Source: an uncultured Nitrospiraceae bacterium (lineage in GTDB: Bacteria > Nitrospirota > Thermodesulfovibrionia > Thermodesulfovibrionales > Dissulfurispiraceae). From it: a DNA stretch of 64,000 nucleotides. Position numbers and translations under genes: made by a program. The notes under the pieces are model-generated. The model was not told where the DNA came from. It did not search any database and worked only from the letters and a program-made list of their open reading frames with translations. Shown here in pieces: positions 40,001 to 49,357 of this stretch. The stretch is from assembly GCA_963727805.1 (NCBI GenBank), contig CAVSHF010000003.1, positions 1,760,001 to 1,824,000 on the forward strand, given 5' to 3'. Within the stretch, counting starts at the first letter, position 1. Every line of letters starts with the position of its first letter.

Positions 40001-41483
40001 CCATTGAAAACGTGAGTTCACCTCCGGTCTGCGCCATTGCTGCCAATATCGTATCCACTTCTTCGCCTGTGAAACCGAAGGCAATTTGTCGATCTAAACC
40101 TGAACTTGCTGCCGGCATCGCGACGGGCTGGAGTCTATGGGTTATTAATGACTGCTGGAGCCATTTAGCGCAGGGATGACGCGATGCAAGGGTAGCGAGA
40201 ATTTCTCCGGTTTCGCGGATGACTCCTTTGCTGAGATCAACAGCAAGTGTGTCGCCAGGTCCCAGGCGTCCCTTCTTTACAATACACTTATTGCCGAGAT
40301 CGACCATGCCTACCTCCGATCCCATCACCATTATGCCAATATCGGTCAGGACGTAGCGAAGGGGGCGTAGACCGTTACGATCAAGATGGGCGCCTATGGT
40401 TACCCCGTCGGTAAAGACAACGGCAGCAGGTCCGTCCCATGGTGTCATGAGGAGCGAGAGATAGTGGAGCAGTGCCTTTTGATCAGGCGGATACGGGGCA
40501 TGTTCCCACGCAGGCGGGATACAGATGTTCACGGCGAGTTCCGGCGGGAACCCCGCCAGCATGAGAAACTCCACAATACGGTCAAGGGAAGCAGAGTCGC
40601 TCTCGTGATCGGCAACAAGGGGTTTAATAATGCTACATTGGTCCTTGGGGAAACTGCTCAATACCGCTGACTCTATAGCCTTCATCGCATTGCGGTTTCC
40701 CTGGATAGTATTAATCTCTCCATTGTGGGCGAGCACCCTGAAAGGTTGGGCCATCACCCATTCCGGAAGCGTGTTCGTCGAGAACCGCTGATGGAAGACA
40801 CAGAATGAGGATTCGATGTCCTCGCTCATGAGGTCGGGATAGAACCTGTCAAGCTGTGGCGCGACGAGCAGGCCTTTGTAGAGGACCGTTCTCGATGATA
40901 TATTCGAGATGCAGACATCGCTACCAAAATTTTTTTCTATCACCTTCCTGGCAAGAAAGAGATTGAATTCACGCATCTCGACAGCAACATCGCCGGTATC
41001 GATAAAAAGCTGCTTAATCCTCGGCTTGGTTAGAAGAGCTGCCTTGCCGAGGGCGTCGTCATCGGTCGGGACATCGCGCCATCCAACAGGTCTGAAGCCA
41101 TATCTCATCAGGGCCTTATCGATTTCGTCCTCTACATTGCCATACAGAAAAAAAGCTCCTATGGCGAGATTGTTAATGTCGGAAATGGAAAGACCGAGTT
41201 CCCCGATTTTTTTTGCAAAAAACTTTCGTGGTATGCCAATAAGGATACCTGCACCGTCACCGCTCTTGCCGTCGGCCCCAACTGCCCCGCGATGAGTGAG
41301 GTTCTTGACCGCCTCGATGCCCCAGTCGACGATCTGTCTGCTTTTATTACCGTATACATCGCAAATGAACCCAACACCACAACTCGAAGCTCCATGGGTG
41401 TGGCGCTTAAATTCGAAATTAGACATTATCACCTCACATTCGATACGCCTACTGTCATAAAATTCGAGACCCTCAATTTTCAA
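37092..41483 (-). CDS. gltB: Glutamate synthase large subunit
   Basis: Ntn Cys 'CGVGF', 'HQRFSTNT', 'AHNGEINT', 'KVAQGAKPGEGGHL', 'CIMARQCHMNTCPTG'; true start may be about 57 nt downstream (MSNF). Confidence 0.96.
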   Translation of the reverse strand: MKIEGLEFYDSRRIECEVIMSNFEFKRHTHGASSCGVGFICDVYGNKSRQIVDWGIEAVKNLTHRGAVGADGKSGDGAGILIGIPRKFFAKKIGELGLSISDINNLAIGAFFLYGNVEDEIDKALMRYGFRPVGWRDVPTDDDALGKAALLTKPRIKQLFIDTGDVAVEMREFNLFLARKVIEKNFGSDVCISNISSRTVLYKGLLVAPQLDRFYPDLMSEDIESSFCVFHQRFSTNTLPEWVMAQPFRVLAHNGEINTIQGNRNAMKAIESAVLSSFPKDQCSIIKPLVADHESDSASLDRIVEFLMLAGFPPELAVNICIPPAWEHAPYPPDQKALLHYLSLLMTPWDGPAAVVFTDGVTIGAHLDRNGLRPLRYVLTDIGIMVMGSEVGMVDLGNKCIVKKGRLGPGDTLAVDLSKGVIRETGEILATLASRHPCAKWLQQSLITHRLQPVAMPAASSGLDRQIAFGFTGEEVDTILAAMAQTGGELTFSMGDDTPLPPLSEKPPLLFRYFKQRFSQITNPSIDPIREKLVMSLAMHLGPRRSFLSETAAHARRYCVPSPLLFEKDIYEIETGSGFRTVRLPITYLRADGNLAVAIGALRQAAIEAVRKGSEIIILTDRDISKEWLAIPSLLAVSAVFQELLRQQCGHCASLIIETGEARDVHHIACLIGFGASAVHPWIMPLTIAELCSRGVVKQSFDAAVSNYRNAIEDGLLKVLGRLGIATIDSYHGAQLFDTICLKQGILHEYFGQLPANIEADGLSEIEASLISRHDAAYGVSEPKLDAGGTLKYRKDGEEHAWASPTVAALNRFVRQGKAEGYRSFASAAEGRPIYARHILGCRAGIAIPIDEVEPEEEIFKRFVSGAMSVGALSPEAHETIAEGCNRLGMRSNSGEGGEDPARYGTIKNSAIKQIASGRFGVTPSYLASAREIEIKVAQGAKPGEGGHLPASKVTDYIARLRYCKPGTLLISPPPHHDIYSIEDLNQLINDLKQANPEAKVCVKLVSEVGVGTVAAGVAKAYADIVQISGYEGGTGASPITSIKNVGNYWEIGLAETQRILIENGLRERITVRVDGGLRTGKDVILAALFGAEEFGFGTATMISVGCIMARQCHMNTCPTGIATQDERLRAKFRGTPEGVIAYYRALANDVRRILAEMGFRSLGEIIGRTDLVSIEPDVRYPGSYRMKLTALLQAPPEGQPRLSSGKRNNNPSPSLNDRITSELAPFIERSEAVTREYNIRNTDRSVPVRLSYYIAKHHGTKGLSDNTIRLVFRGSAGQSFGAFTHKGIAITLIGDANDYAGKGMYGGTITIRPDEGLIDPHRQVIVGNTVLYGATGGIFFAGGIAGERFAVRNSGAVAVVEGTGQHLCEYMTRGEVVVLGETGVNIGAGMTGGVIYIADRDGGLYDRINSAYVTIVELDSSDISRLKDLIEAHNRLTGSPLAKKILSEWDKDLRTFKKVVPN

Positions 41484-41554
41484 TTGCCAATGATCTTTGA
41501 GGGTTTTCCTTAGATCTGACTAACTAATTGATTAGCTATTTCATTCCCCTTCGG

Positions 41555-42187
41555 TCACCAAATATTTCTTAGAATCTCCACCACTTCATCATCTGACACC
41601 TGTGAAAAATCGCGATAGTAATTGCCGACTGCCTTAAAATCTTCTGGTGTTTTTAGACAAATGAATTCATCAGCCATCATTCTAAGCTCATCGGCAGTCC
41701 GGATCGGGGAAACCGGAATGGAGACAACCAGCCTCTCAATTTTCTCCAGCTTCAATGTGGCAATGGCAGCCTTCATTGTAGCCCCCGTAGCTACTCCATC
41801 ATCGACAAGGATAATCGTCTTGCCCTCAAGTTTGTCAAGTGATTTGCCACCCCGGTACAGTCTCGTTCGGCGCACTATTTCCTCTTTTTGCTCCACTATT
41901 TCATCGTCGATATACGTCGTCGGAATCCCACTAGTAGAAATAATTCGTTCATTCAGGACGACAGTGCCTGTCTCTGAAATAGCACCTATAGCAAGTTCCT
42001 CATTCCCAGGGTAGCCCATCTTTCTCACTATAAGAATATCAAGAGGCGCATTGATAGCGCGCGCAATTTCCAACCCTGTGACTACCCCGCCACGAGGAAG
42101 TGCAAGGACCAGCACCCCCTTAAGGTTTCTATAGTGGGTTAATTTTCCGGCGAGCTGAAACCCAGCATCCCTTCTGTCAGTGAACAT
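41555..42187 (-). CDS. Phosphoribosyltransferase family protein
   Basis: 'FTDRRDAG', 'LALPRGG', PRPP loop 'LVDDGVATGAT'. Confidence 0.9.
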   Translation of the reverse strand: MFTDRRDAGFQLAGKLTHYRNLKGVLVLALPRGGVVTGLEIARAINAPLDILIVRKMGYPGNEELAIGAISETGTVVLNERIISTSGIPTTYIDDEIVEQKEEIVRRTRLYRGGKSLDKLEGKTIILVDDGVATGATMKAAIATLKLEKIERLVVSIPVSPIRTADELRMMADEFICLKTPEDFKAVGNYYRDFSQVSDDEVVEILRNIW

Positions 42188-42660
42188 GGTCTATCCCTGC
42201 ACTATTGAATAGAACAGCCCCTTTTAAGCATTTTATCAGTATTTGTTAACACTGGCGAGTTCATACTTAATTCAACAAGGGATTCGTCCTTCGGCATATC
42301 CGTAATGATTAAGTTCGCAAGCTAAGTTTATACTGAATTATCAACTAAAGGACATATGGTTAACAGGTCCCACCTCCGCAGCTCTGCAGTTTATTTGTTC
42401 AACTATAAATAAATTGTTCCTTAATTTGAAGAAACAGTTTCTCTTTAGATGTTGTCAATAGTAGTGCGGTGTTTCTTACAAGGTTGAAATAAGTTAGGCT
42501 AGGGGAAAGAATAGATCTGACCGTCTCATTATGAAACGCGTGGAACAGCTAATACAGTTAATCCATAAGACTGCTGCATGCAAAGATAAAATCTCGCTAT
42601 TGCCGATTAATGTGCGCTTTTTTCTGCAATGAGTTGACTGATGTGATAAAATAAACAATT

Positions 42661-43530
42661 ATGCATGACATAACGGAATATCTATTCAAAACAAACGCGA
42701 TTAAAGTCGCCGATTCAAAAACTCCCTTCTGGTATACGTCAGGTTTAATCGGTCCCTTTTACATCAACACGCATTACCTCGCAGGAGGAGAAGCAACCGC
42801 CCTCGAACTCTTAGAATTGATAACTTCGCACCCCGACAGCATCTCTGCTTACAGCAAGCACATTAGTGCCATTCATGCGAAGGTCAAAGAAATCTACGAA
42901 ACACATCCCATATTTAGAGACACAGTGCGGAAGACTGTTGACTTAATAAAAACCCATATAGACGTGTCAAGAATCGATTTCGTCAGCGGTGGCGAACGCC
43001 GTGACTGGTTTTTCCATTCCATCGTTGCCGAGAGACTTAATAAACCTTCATTGTTCATCCACAAAGACTCATCTGTATGGGTAAAAGAAGATGATGATAT
43101 TGGGCAAGTAGACTGGATAGAAGGTGCAAATGCGCTGCATGTTGCTGACCTTGTCACTATTGCAAGCAGTTATGTAAAGGTGTGGATTCCCGCCATCAAA
43201 CAGTTGGGCGGCACTATCACTCATGCTCTCAACATCGTTGATCGGTTGCAAGGGGCCGATAAAGTGCTAAAAGGGTATGGGATAGCAACCCTGTCCGTGG
43301 CACAGATCGATGCCGAGCTGTTCCATACAGCTTCACAAAGGGGGTATATCACAAGAGCACAACATGGGATGATTGTGGACTATATTCGTGACCCATTCAC
43401 CACTATGAAAAAGTTCCTTCTGGAAAATCCCGAGTTCTTAAAAGACTCACTTGCATCGGATGATGATAGAATTGCGGCAAGGGCGAGACTGTGCGTGAGC
43501 GAAGATTTATATAAATTGAAGGTAATCTGA
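42661..43530 (+). CDS. Orotate-phosphoribosyltransferase-like protein
   Basis: 'FWYTSG..GPFYIN', 'SGGERRDWFF', variant PRPP loop 'VADLVTIASS', 'IVDRLQG'. Confidence 0.75.
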   Translation: MHDITEYLFKTNAIKVADSKTPFWYTSGLIGPFYINTHYLAGGEATALELLELITSHPDSISAYSKHISAIHAKVKEIYETHPIFRDTVRKTVDLIKTHIDVSRIDFVSGGERRDWFFHSIVAERLNKPSLFIHKDSSVWVKEDDDIGQVDWIEGANALHVADLVTIASSYVKVWIPAIKQLGGTITHALNIVDRLQGADKVLKGYGIATLSVAQIDAELFHTASQRGYITRAQHGMIVDYIRDPFTTMKKFLLENPEFLKDSLASDDDRIAARARLCVSEDLYKLKVI

Positions 43531-43804
43531 GGGGTATTATTCTTCTTCTCTATCCCTCACGGATTCCTGCGGATATTAATCGTAAATGCGCAGTTATTAA
43601 TCAACCTGCTTTTTCAGACTTGTCGGCGAACCAGATCGAAATACTGTGCTGCCTGCGGCGGTGTAGCATGTGACCCGATGACTATTCAGGCAATACTGGA
43701 TTTCATCATAGATTGCTTACCTACATGTTTAACAATACACTGTCCTCATACAGGAATTATTGACAAGTAATTGACGATGTATTTGTGTAACTTCATAGCG
43801 ACTG

Positions 43805-44698
43805 ATGATAAAAACACAAAATATAATCTGGCCGATGCATCACCTCTTCATTTTTTTATTAAAGGTCTTACGCGATTTCAAGCGCAATCAGGGCCTCCTC
43901 TTATCAGGCGCAGTTGCCTATTATACCCTGTTATCAATTGTTCCCATGTCAATCCTTGCCCTTATTGTCCTACCTCATTTTATAGGAGAAGAGCAGTTGG
44001 TCCAGACCTTATCAACATATCTCGGAATGGTTATACCAGGCTATGCTTCAACTCTGACTGAGCAGGCACGAATATTTCTTGAGCATCGCCAGGTAATAGG
44101 TCTCATTGGGTTCTTCGTTATGTTATTCTTCAGTTCTATAGCCTTTACTGTGCTTGAAAACGCTATGTCGGTAATTTTCTTTCACCGCGTCAAAATTCAG
44201 CATCGTCACTTTTTGATATCTGCTATCATTCCGTATGTTTATATTTTTCTAATGGCTCTGGGTATAGTGCTAGTGTCATTTATTGCAGGAGCAATAGAAA
44301 CTCTTGAAAAAAGACAATTGATATTTTGGGGCTGGAGATTGAGCCTTGAGGGCACTTCAATGGTCACACTTTATCTTTTTGGAATCATTGGGGAGGTGTT
44401 TATGCTGACCTCCATATATTTGGTTATGCCTGTGGCACGTATTACCTTTCGTCACGCACTTATCGGTGGCATGACCGCAACTGTTTTATGGGAGATTACC
44501 CGCCGCTTGCTGGTTTGGTATTACTCAGTTCTCTCTATGGTCAATTTAATTTATGGTTCCTTTGCTACGGCGGTTGTGGCTCTCCTCAGTATAGAAGTTG
44601 CGGCAGTAATTCTTTTATTTGGTGCTCAGGTTATTGCAGAACTTGAACGCAGAACTTACGAGTTTAACAAGAAGGAATTACATGGATTTGAGACCTAA
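43805..44698 (+). CDS. YihY/BrkB family membrane protein
   Basis: 'AVAYYTLLSIVP', 'IYGSFATAVVALL', 'LLFGAQ'. Confidence 0.88.
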   Translation: MIKTQNIIWPMHHLFIFLLKVLRDFKRNQGLLLSGAVAYYTLLSIVPMSILALIVLPHFIGEEQLVQTLSTYLGMVIPGYASTLTEQARIFLEHRQVIGLIGFFVMLFFSSIAFTVLENAMSVIFFHRVKIQHRHFLISAIIPYVYIFLMALGIVLVSFIAGAIETLEKRQLIFWGWRLSLEGTSMVTLYLFGIIGEVFMLTSIYLVMPVARITFRHALIGGMTATVLWEITRRLLVWYYSVLSMVNLIYGSFATAVVALLSIEVAAVILLFGAQVIAELERRTYEFNKKELHGFET

Positions 44699-44957
44699 TG
44701 CTAAACAGAGGTGCTATTTCACGCGTACTTTTTTCAGTAGTGATTTATCATATTCTGGGGACCGCTATCCGCGCGCTTCCTGCGCCACACAGCTCTAGGG
44801 CATGCTACAATGGTACGGCTCTTAATTTGTAATCGGTGTGTTCATTCGACCGAAGTGACAAAGTGTACATAGCAGGCACAAAATTGACCTCCTCATTCCC
44901 AAGCTCAACGGATAGCCTATTCAGATCAGACTCATGCCATTCTGCTATAACGGACTT

Positions 44958-46133
44958 TCAGCGGATTGAGCAGTATCCCCCTGGGACTCCCTTTGGGGAG
45001 AGTACGATCTGATAGACCTGCAGACAGCGAGAACGAAATGTCCCTGCATCGCTCAAAAGATAGTATTTCCACATACGATAGAACCGATCATCATATTGAT
45101 ATTTCAATGCCTCCCAGCTCCTGTCAAAATTGTTGAACCATGATGTCAATGTAGCATCGTAATAATAGCCAAAATTATGCCAGTCCTCTATGACAAATAG
45201 TTTTTCGATTGCTGTGCTAATCTGATTCGGAGATGGGATGAGCGAGTTGGGAAAGATATATTTTTCAAACCAGGGCTCCATGGTCACTTTCGTGTACACT
45301 TCTCCGATGGTATGGAGTAGAAAAAGTCCGTCGTCGTTCAGGCATTTATGGACGGTCTCCATAAAGGTTCTGTAATTCTTGTGTCCCACATGTTCGAACA
45401 TCCCGACAGAGACAATATGATCAAACTTTTCATCAAGGTCCCGGTAGTCCTGAAGCCTGATCTCAATGGGTAACCCTTCACACAGCTCTCTGGCAAGTAT
45501 CACCTGGTTTTTAGATATGGTTATGCCAACCGCTTCGACCCCATATCTTTCAGCTGCATATTTTATGAAACTTCCCCATCCGCAACCGATGTCAAGGATT
45601 CTGTCGCCAGGTTGTAGGTCGAGTTTCTGGCATATCAGCCCCAGTTTTGCTTCCTGAGAATCGTCAAGATTATCTACATCTTTCCAGTAGCCGCAGCTAT
45701 AGGTCATCCTCTTATCGAGCATTTTCTTATAAAGCTCGTTTCCAATGTCATAATGCCTTTCTCCCACCTGAAAAGCCCTCGCCTTGGTGTTCACATTACA
45801 TATTGCAGCCCGAAGTAGCATTCTCCAATTCTTTCTAACTTTATCTTCAGCATTAGAGCACATAAGTCTATAAATAAATTGATCAAGACTTGCACATTCC
45901 CACCATCCATCCATGTATGATTCTCCAAGACCCAAGCTACCGTCAGCAGCGACCCGATTATAGAAGCGATCGTCTATGACCTGGATGTCGAAAGGCTTGG
46001 CTCCATTAATAGTGATCCCGGCAGCGGAGAAGATTTCTCCGATAGAATATTTCAGTACAGAAGTGCCCATTATTCCTGATAATATGGTGTCTGTATATTT
46101 TGGCGATAAACTAATTCCTTGTTCATGCAGCAC
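44958..46133 (-). CDS. cfa: Cyclopropane-fatty-acyl-phospholipid synthase
   Basis: 'LGESYMDGWW', 'HYDIGN', 'YSCGYW', 'LDIGCGWG', 'SVGMFEHVG'; start may be downstream (MGTS). Confidence 0.94.
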   Translation of the reverse strand: MLHEQGISLSPKYTDTILSGIMGTSVLKYSIGEIFSAAGITINGAKPFDIQVIDDRFYNRVAADGSLGLGESYMDGWWECASLDQFIYRLMCSNAEDKVRKNWRMLLRAAICNVNTKARAFQVGERHYDIGNELYKKMLDKRMTYSCGYWKDVDNLDDSQEAKLGLICQKLDLQPGDRILDIGCGWGSFIKYAAERYGVEAVGITISKNQVILARELCEGLPIEIRLQDYRDLDEKFDHIVSVGMFEHVGHKNYRTFMETVHKCLNDDGLFLLHTIGEVYTKVTMEPWFEKYIFPNSLIPSPNQISTAIEKLFVIEDWHNFGYYYDATLTSWFNNFDRSWEALKYQYDDRFYRMWKYYLLSDAGTFRSRCLQVYQIVLSPKGVPGGYCSIR

Positions 46134-46843
46134 TCAAACATTCTTCTCTCAAGAGACAATTTAATTGATTGCAACCATTCGCATCAGGTTTCGCTAAGCG
46201 CTCATTGTTTCCATCCACATTTCGGATGGATCTGATAAACTTTGTTTGTCCTGATTGCATAACTTCATGCCTATCTTTTTCGCATTATTTCTATCATCCT
46301 GAATCTTAATGCTTGGGTATCCCCTTCTCGATTGAAGATAGGCAATATATTTACTTGAAGCAGAACGGTACCATTTTTCCGACGTCGGATAACTGGGGCC
46401 GTATTAGGCACTGCTACTTCCTCAATCATATGCTTTTTTCAAATAAGTAAACGGCATCTTAACTTCCCTAATGAGAGATCTGTTTGCGACGGTTTCAACT
46501 ATATCTTTATACTCAGTTCATTATATGTCTTCATGATCTTTTGAAGCATCCGTTATCGTCTGATATTTTTGTAGGATATTGGGATATATTCTATCAGTGT
46601 TTGTCTTACAATAGGGGCCTGCTCGACCCATTTCTCGGGGGACGAGGAGTGAAGGGCATGAGGGTCAAGTTTTTCCATATTATAAACTGTCCCTATTCGA
46701 CGGCAAAGTCTTTCAGACTTACAGTTCAAAGTCGAATCCTTATAAATTATGTTACGAGAGAAAAGTTTACCTGTTTCTCTCTTGCACAGACAGAAAGATA
46801 ACCACCTCAGATCCGCAGTTTTTCAACAAACGTACTTCGTGGC

Positions 46844-47929
46844 TCAAGGGATTAAGGGATAAGTGAGCACCAAATCTTCACCGCTCAGGGCCTCGTTAAG
46901 AAATGTTTTAATTTGCGACTTTTCATCGGCACTAAGTCGCAGAGGCTTCAGCGCGATATTTCCTTCACCGCCTCCGCTGTTAATGAATTCGATCACTTCG
47001 TCGATGGTGGCAAATATTCCGTTGTGCATGTAAGGAGCGGTCTTTGCGATTTCTCTGAGCGTCGGTGTTCTGAATGCCTTCCAGTCTTTTCTATCTTTAG
47101 TGATCAGGTATCTGCCAGGATCCTCATCGAGATTCGCGTAGTCGTCATAATGGTATACCTTTGCAACAAAACGCCTAGTGGCAATAATCCTCGGGTCTTT
47201 CCGGTGTTCGGGATTCTCCGGGACATGCAGCGCATGGAACTTGTCATCTGAGAGATTCACCCCATAATGGCATTCGGTGCACCTGCCCTTGCCGGTGAAT
47301 ATTTCATAACCCTTTTTTGCATCTCCGGACAGGGCTGACTGATCCCCTTTCAGATATCGATCGAGAGGTGCGTTCACTGAAACGAGAGTCCGCTCGAATG
47401 CAGCGATAGCCATGGCAACTCGCTCTCTAGAAACGTCTCCGCCGAAAACCTGTTTGAAGGCGGTAACATATTCAGGAACAACCCTCAGCTTTTCTTCAAG
47501 GTAATCAAGGTTGAGGTTCATTTCGAAGGATGACATTACCGGAAACAGGGCCTGATCCTCAAGAGAGGTGACCCTGCCGTCGTGGAAAAGATTTTTGAAA
47601 AAGGCGATATTGATAAGTGTTGGCGTATTCCTCCAATTCTTCGTGGTCGGATAGCTTAGCGAAATTTCCTGACCATCGGTATAGGCCAAGTCTGGGATAT
47701 GGCAGGTAGCGCAACTCATCGTGCCATCGCCGGAGAGCCTCCTATCGAAGAAGAGTTTCTTGCCGAGGTCCACTTTTTCGGGAGTCTGGGGATTGGCCAA
47801 CGGAATAGGAACGGACTTGAAGGGCTCCAGATGACCGCCATAGGCGTTCATTGCCGAGACTAAAATGTAAAGAACGAGGATGATGCCGCTCCAGCTATTT
47901 CCTCGCCGCATCGAGTTCCTCAATAACAA
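46844..47929 (-). CDS. Di-haem cytochrome c peroxidase / MauG superfamily protein
   Basis: Signal peptide; 'LGKKLFFD.RLS', CxxCH twice (CATCH, CTECH), 'FRTPTLR', 'APYMHNG'. Confidence 0.9.
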   Translation of the reverse strand: MLLRNSMRRGNSWSGIILVLYILVSAMNAYGGHLEPFKSVPIPLANPQTPEKVDLGKKLFFDRRLSGDGTMSCATCHIPDLAYTDGQEISLSYPTTKNWRNTPTLINIAFFKNLFHDGRVTSLEDQALFPVMSSFEMNLNLDYLEEKLRVVPEYVTAFKQVFGGDVSRERVAMAIAAFERTLVSVNAPLDRYLKGDQSALSGDAKKGYEIFTGKGRCTECHYGVNLSDDKFHALHVPENPEHRKDPRIIATRRFVAKVYHYDDYANLDEDPGRYLITKDRKDWKAFRTPTLREIAKTAPYMHNGIFATIDEVIEFINSGGGEGNIALKPLRLSADEKSQIKTFLNEALSGEDLVLTYPLIP

Positions 47930-48485
47930 TCTTTTTCAGGTATTCATAGGGGACATCGCCAATGACCCTCCGCCCGTTGATGAAAAAGGTTGGTGTGTTG
48001 TAAAGGTCGAGAGAGAGGGCGAGATTTACGTCTCGCTCTATTATCTTGTCGTTCTTCCGCTTGTCAAGCGATTCTGTGAATTTATCCGCGTTGAGCCCGA
48101 TCTCCTTCGCATAACCGATGAGACTGTCCCGATCAAGCTTTGGTGACTTCTTGAGCAGAAGCCGGTGCATCTCCCAAAACTTCCCCTGGTCTGACGCTGC
48201 CAATGCCGCTTCGGCAGAAATCCGGGCAAAATCGCGGTATTTGTAAGGATAGAACTTTATGACGAGCCGGACCCTGCTTCCGTAATCCTTTGTAATCTTC
48301 TCGACGGCCGGACCGACCGCAACGCAGTGAGGTCATTGATAATCGATAAATTCGACAATCGTGACAGGAGCATTCTGCGGGCCAGCGGACGGAGATCCTT
48401 CAAGTGAGACGTTATAACGCATGGTCTCAGCGGAGGCTATGGGGACAAGCAGTCCTGCAAAAAGAATAATAAATATTTTTTTCAT
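47895..48485 (-). CDS. Exported DsbA-like thioredoxin-fold selenoprotein (UPHC; Sec51 at TGA 48333-48335), 196 aa
   Basis: ORFs 48333-48527 and 47895-48203 are in one frame: 'APVTIVEFIDYQ*PHC...AAEAA-like SAEAALAASDQGKFWEMH...TPTFFING'; signal peptide; GGGGAGG RBS. Confidence 0.9.
48304..48320 (-). promoter_or_regulatory. Putative SECIS hairpin of the DsbA-like selenoprotein
   Basis: GCGGTCG-GTC-CGGCCGT stem-loop starting 12 nt after the UGA, with G in the apical loop. Confidence 0.65.
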
Positions 48486-48504
48486 TTTTCCTCCCCTTAG
48501 CTTC

Positions 48505-48533
48505 ATTATACCCATTAAAACAGACATTTGCAG
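48505..48533 (-). promoter_or_regulatory. Putative promoter of the DsbA-like/peroxidase operon
   Basis: CTGCAA-17 nt-TATAAT (perfect -10, weak -35), about 20 nt above the ATG. Confidence 0.5.
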
Positions 48534-48578
48534 TTGGAATTAAAGGTGGCTGAAGAAGGCTTTGCCGTCAAGCTCCCC

Positions 48579-48620
48579 CTCCCCCCGCCAGGGGAGAGGG
48601 ATTCCCCTGATGGGGGGGAG
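48579..48620. repeat. GC-rich intergenic inverted repeat
   Basis: CTCCCCCC-gc-CAGGGGA...TCCCCTG-at-GGGGGGGAG; no U-tract on either side. Confidence 0.6.
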
Positions 48621-48736
48621 AACGAATTGCCGCGCATGGACAAACAAGGCGTCAGCGTCTCGCATGTCCCGACGCCTCGTCATCTTCATCAAACAGCTTT
48701 TTTACGGCCTTCCACTATTTTCAACGCACAGTTCTT

Positions 48737-49357
48737 TTAATGACTGCGTCCTTCTTCAAGCTCTTTAATCCACTTGGGGTGCTTCTTCTTGGCCCACCAG
48801 TAAGGAATCTTGCCGGTGATCATTATTCGAATGGTCCCCGGATTTCCGAGCGTACTCAGATAGACATGGACCGGGATGAACGCAGTAATAACAATGAAGC
48901 TCACATTGTGGATAAAATGGGACCAGACTAGCGCCGGCTTGTTTTCAGGCATGAGCCATATAATAAAACCGGTGGCAATAATCGCGAATCCGGACACGAG
49001 CAGGGTGAGATAGAAAAACTTCTGTCCCGTGTTCAGTTTGTGCATAGGCGGCACTTTGGCCTTGTGGCTCAGGTATCCTCCGGCAGTCAATATCCAGCCG
49101 ATATCGTCTGAATCGAACGTGAGCGACTCCTTCAGCCAGTTAAACATGCTCAAAACAAGCGATGCGCTGAAGACGACCCCTGCCCAATTATGAATACCCT
49201 TCATCGCCGGGAAACCTCCGAAAGCATTTCCGATGCCCTCTATATGGAACAGAAACCCAAATCCGCTGATAGTCAATACAATGCAGCTAATTGCCAGCGC
49301 CCAATGGTTGACTATACCGAAGGTGCTTTCCTTTCTCACGAGATCACTATTTTGCAT
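48737..49357 (-). CDS. fdnI: Formate dehydrogenase cytochrome b (gamma) subunit
   Basis: Four TM helices with His ligands ('NHW', 'IHNW', 'FIHN', 'VHVY'), 'NTGQK', 'WAKKKHP.W'; start at MQNSD. Confidence 0.9.
   Translation of the reverse strand: MQNSDLVRKESTFGIVNHWALAISCIVLTISGFGFLFHIEGIGNAFGGFPAMKGIHNWAGVVFSASLVLSMFNWLKESLTFDSDDIGWILTAGGYLSHKAKVPPMHKLNTGQKFFYLTLLVSGFAIIATGFIIWLMPENKPALVWSHFIHNVSFIVITAFIPVHVYLSTLGNPGTIRIMITGKIPYWWAKKKHPKWIKELEEGRSH

Noticed and set aside
46484..46801. 105-aa plus-strand ORF in an AT-rich spacer
   Set aside because: TTG start, no RBS and no motif; likely spurious
48333..48335. Nonsense mutation making dsbA a pseudogene (same question for fdnG at 52684)
   Set aside because: The TGA falls exactly on the catalytic Cys position, is followed by a SECIS-like hairpin, and there are no other lesions
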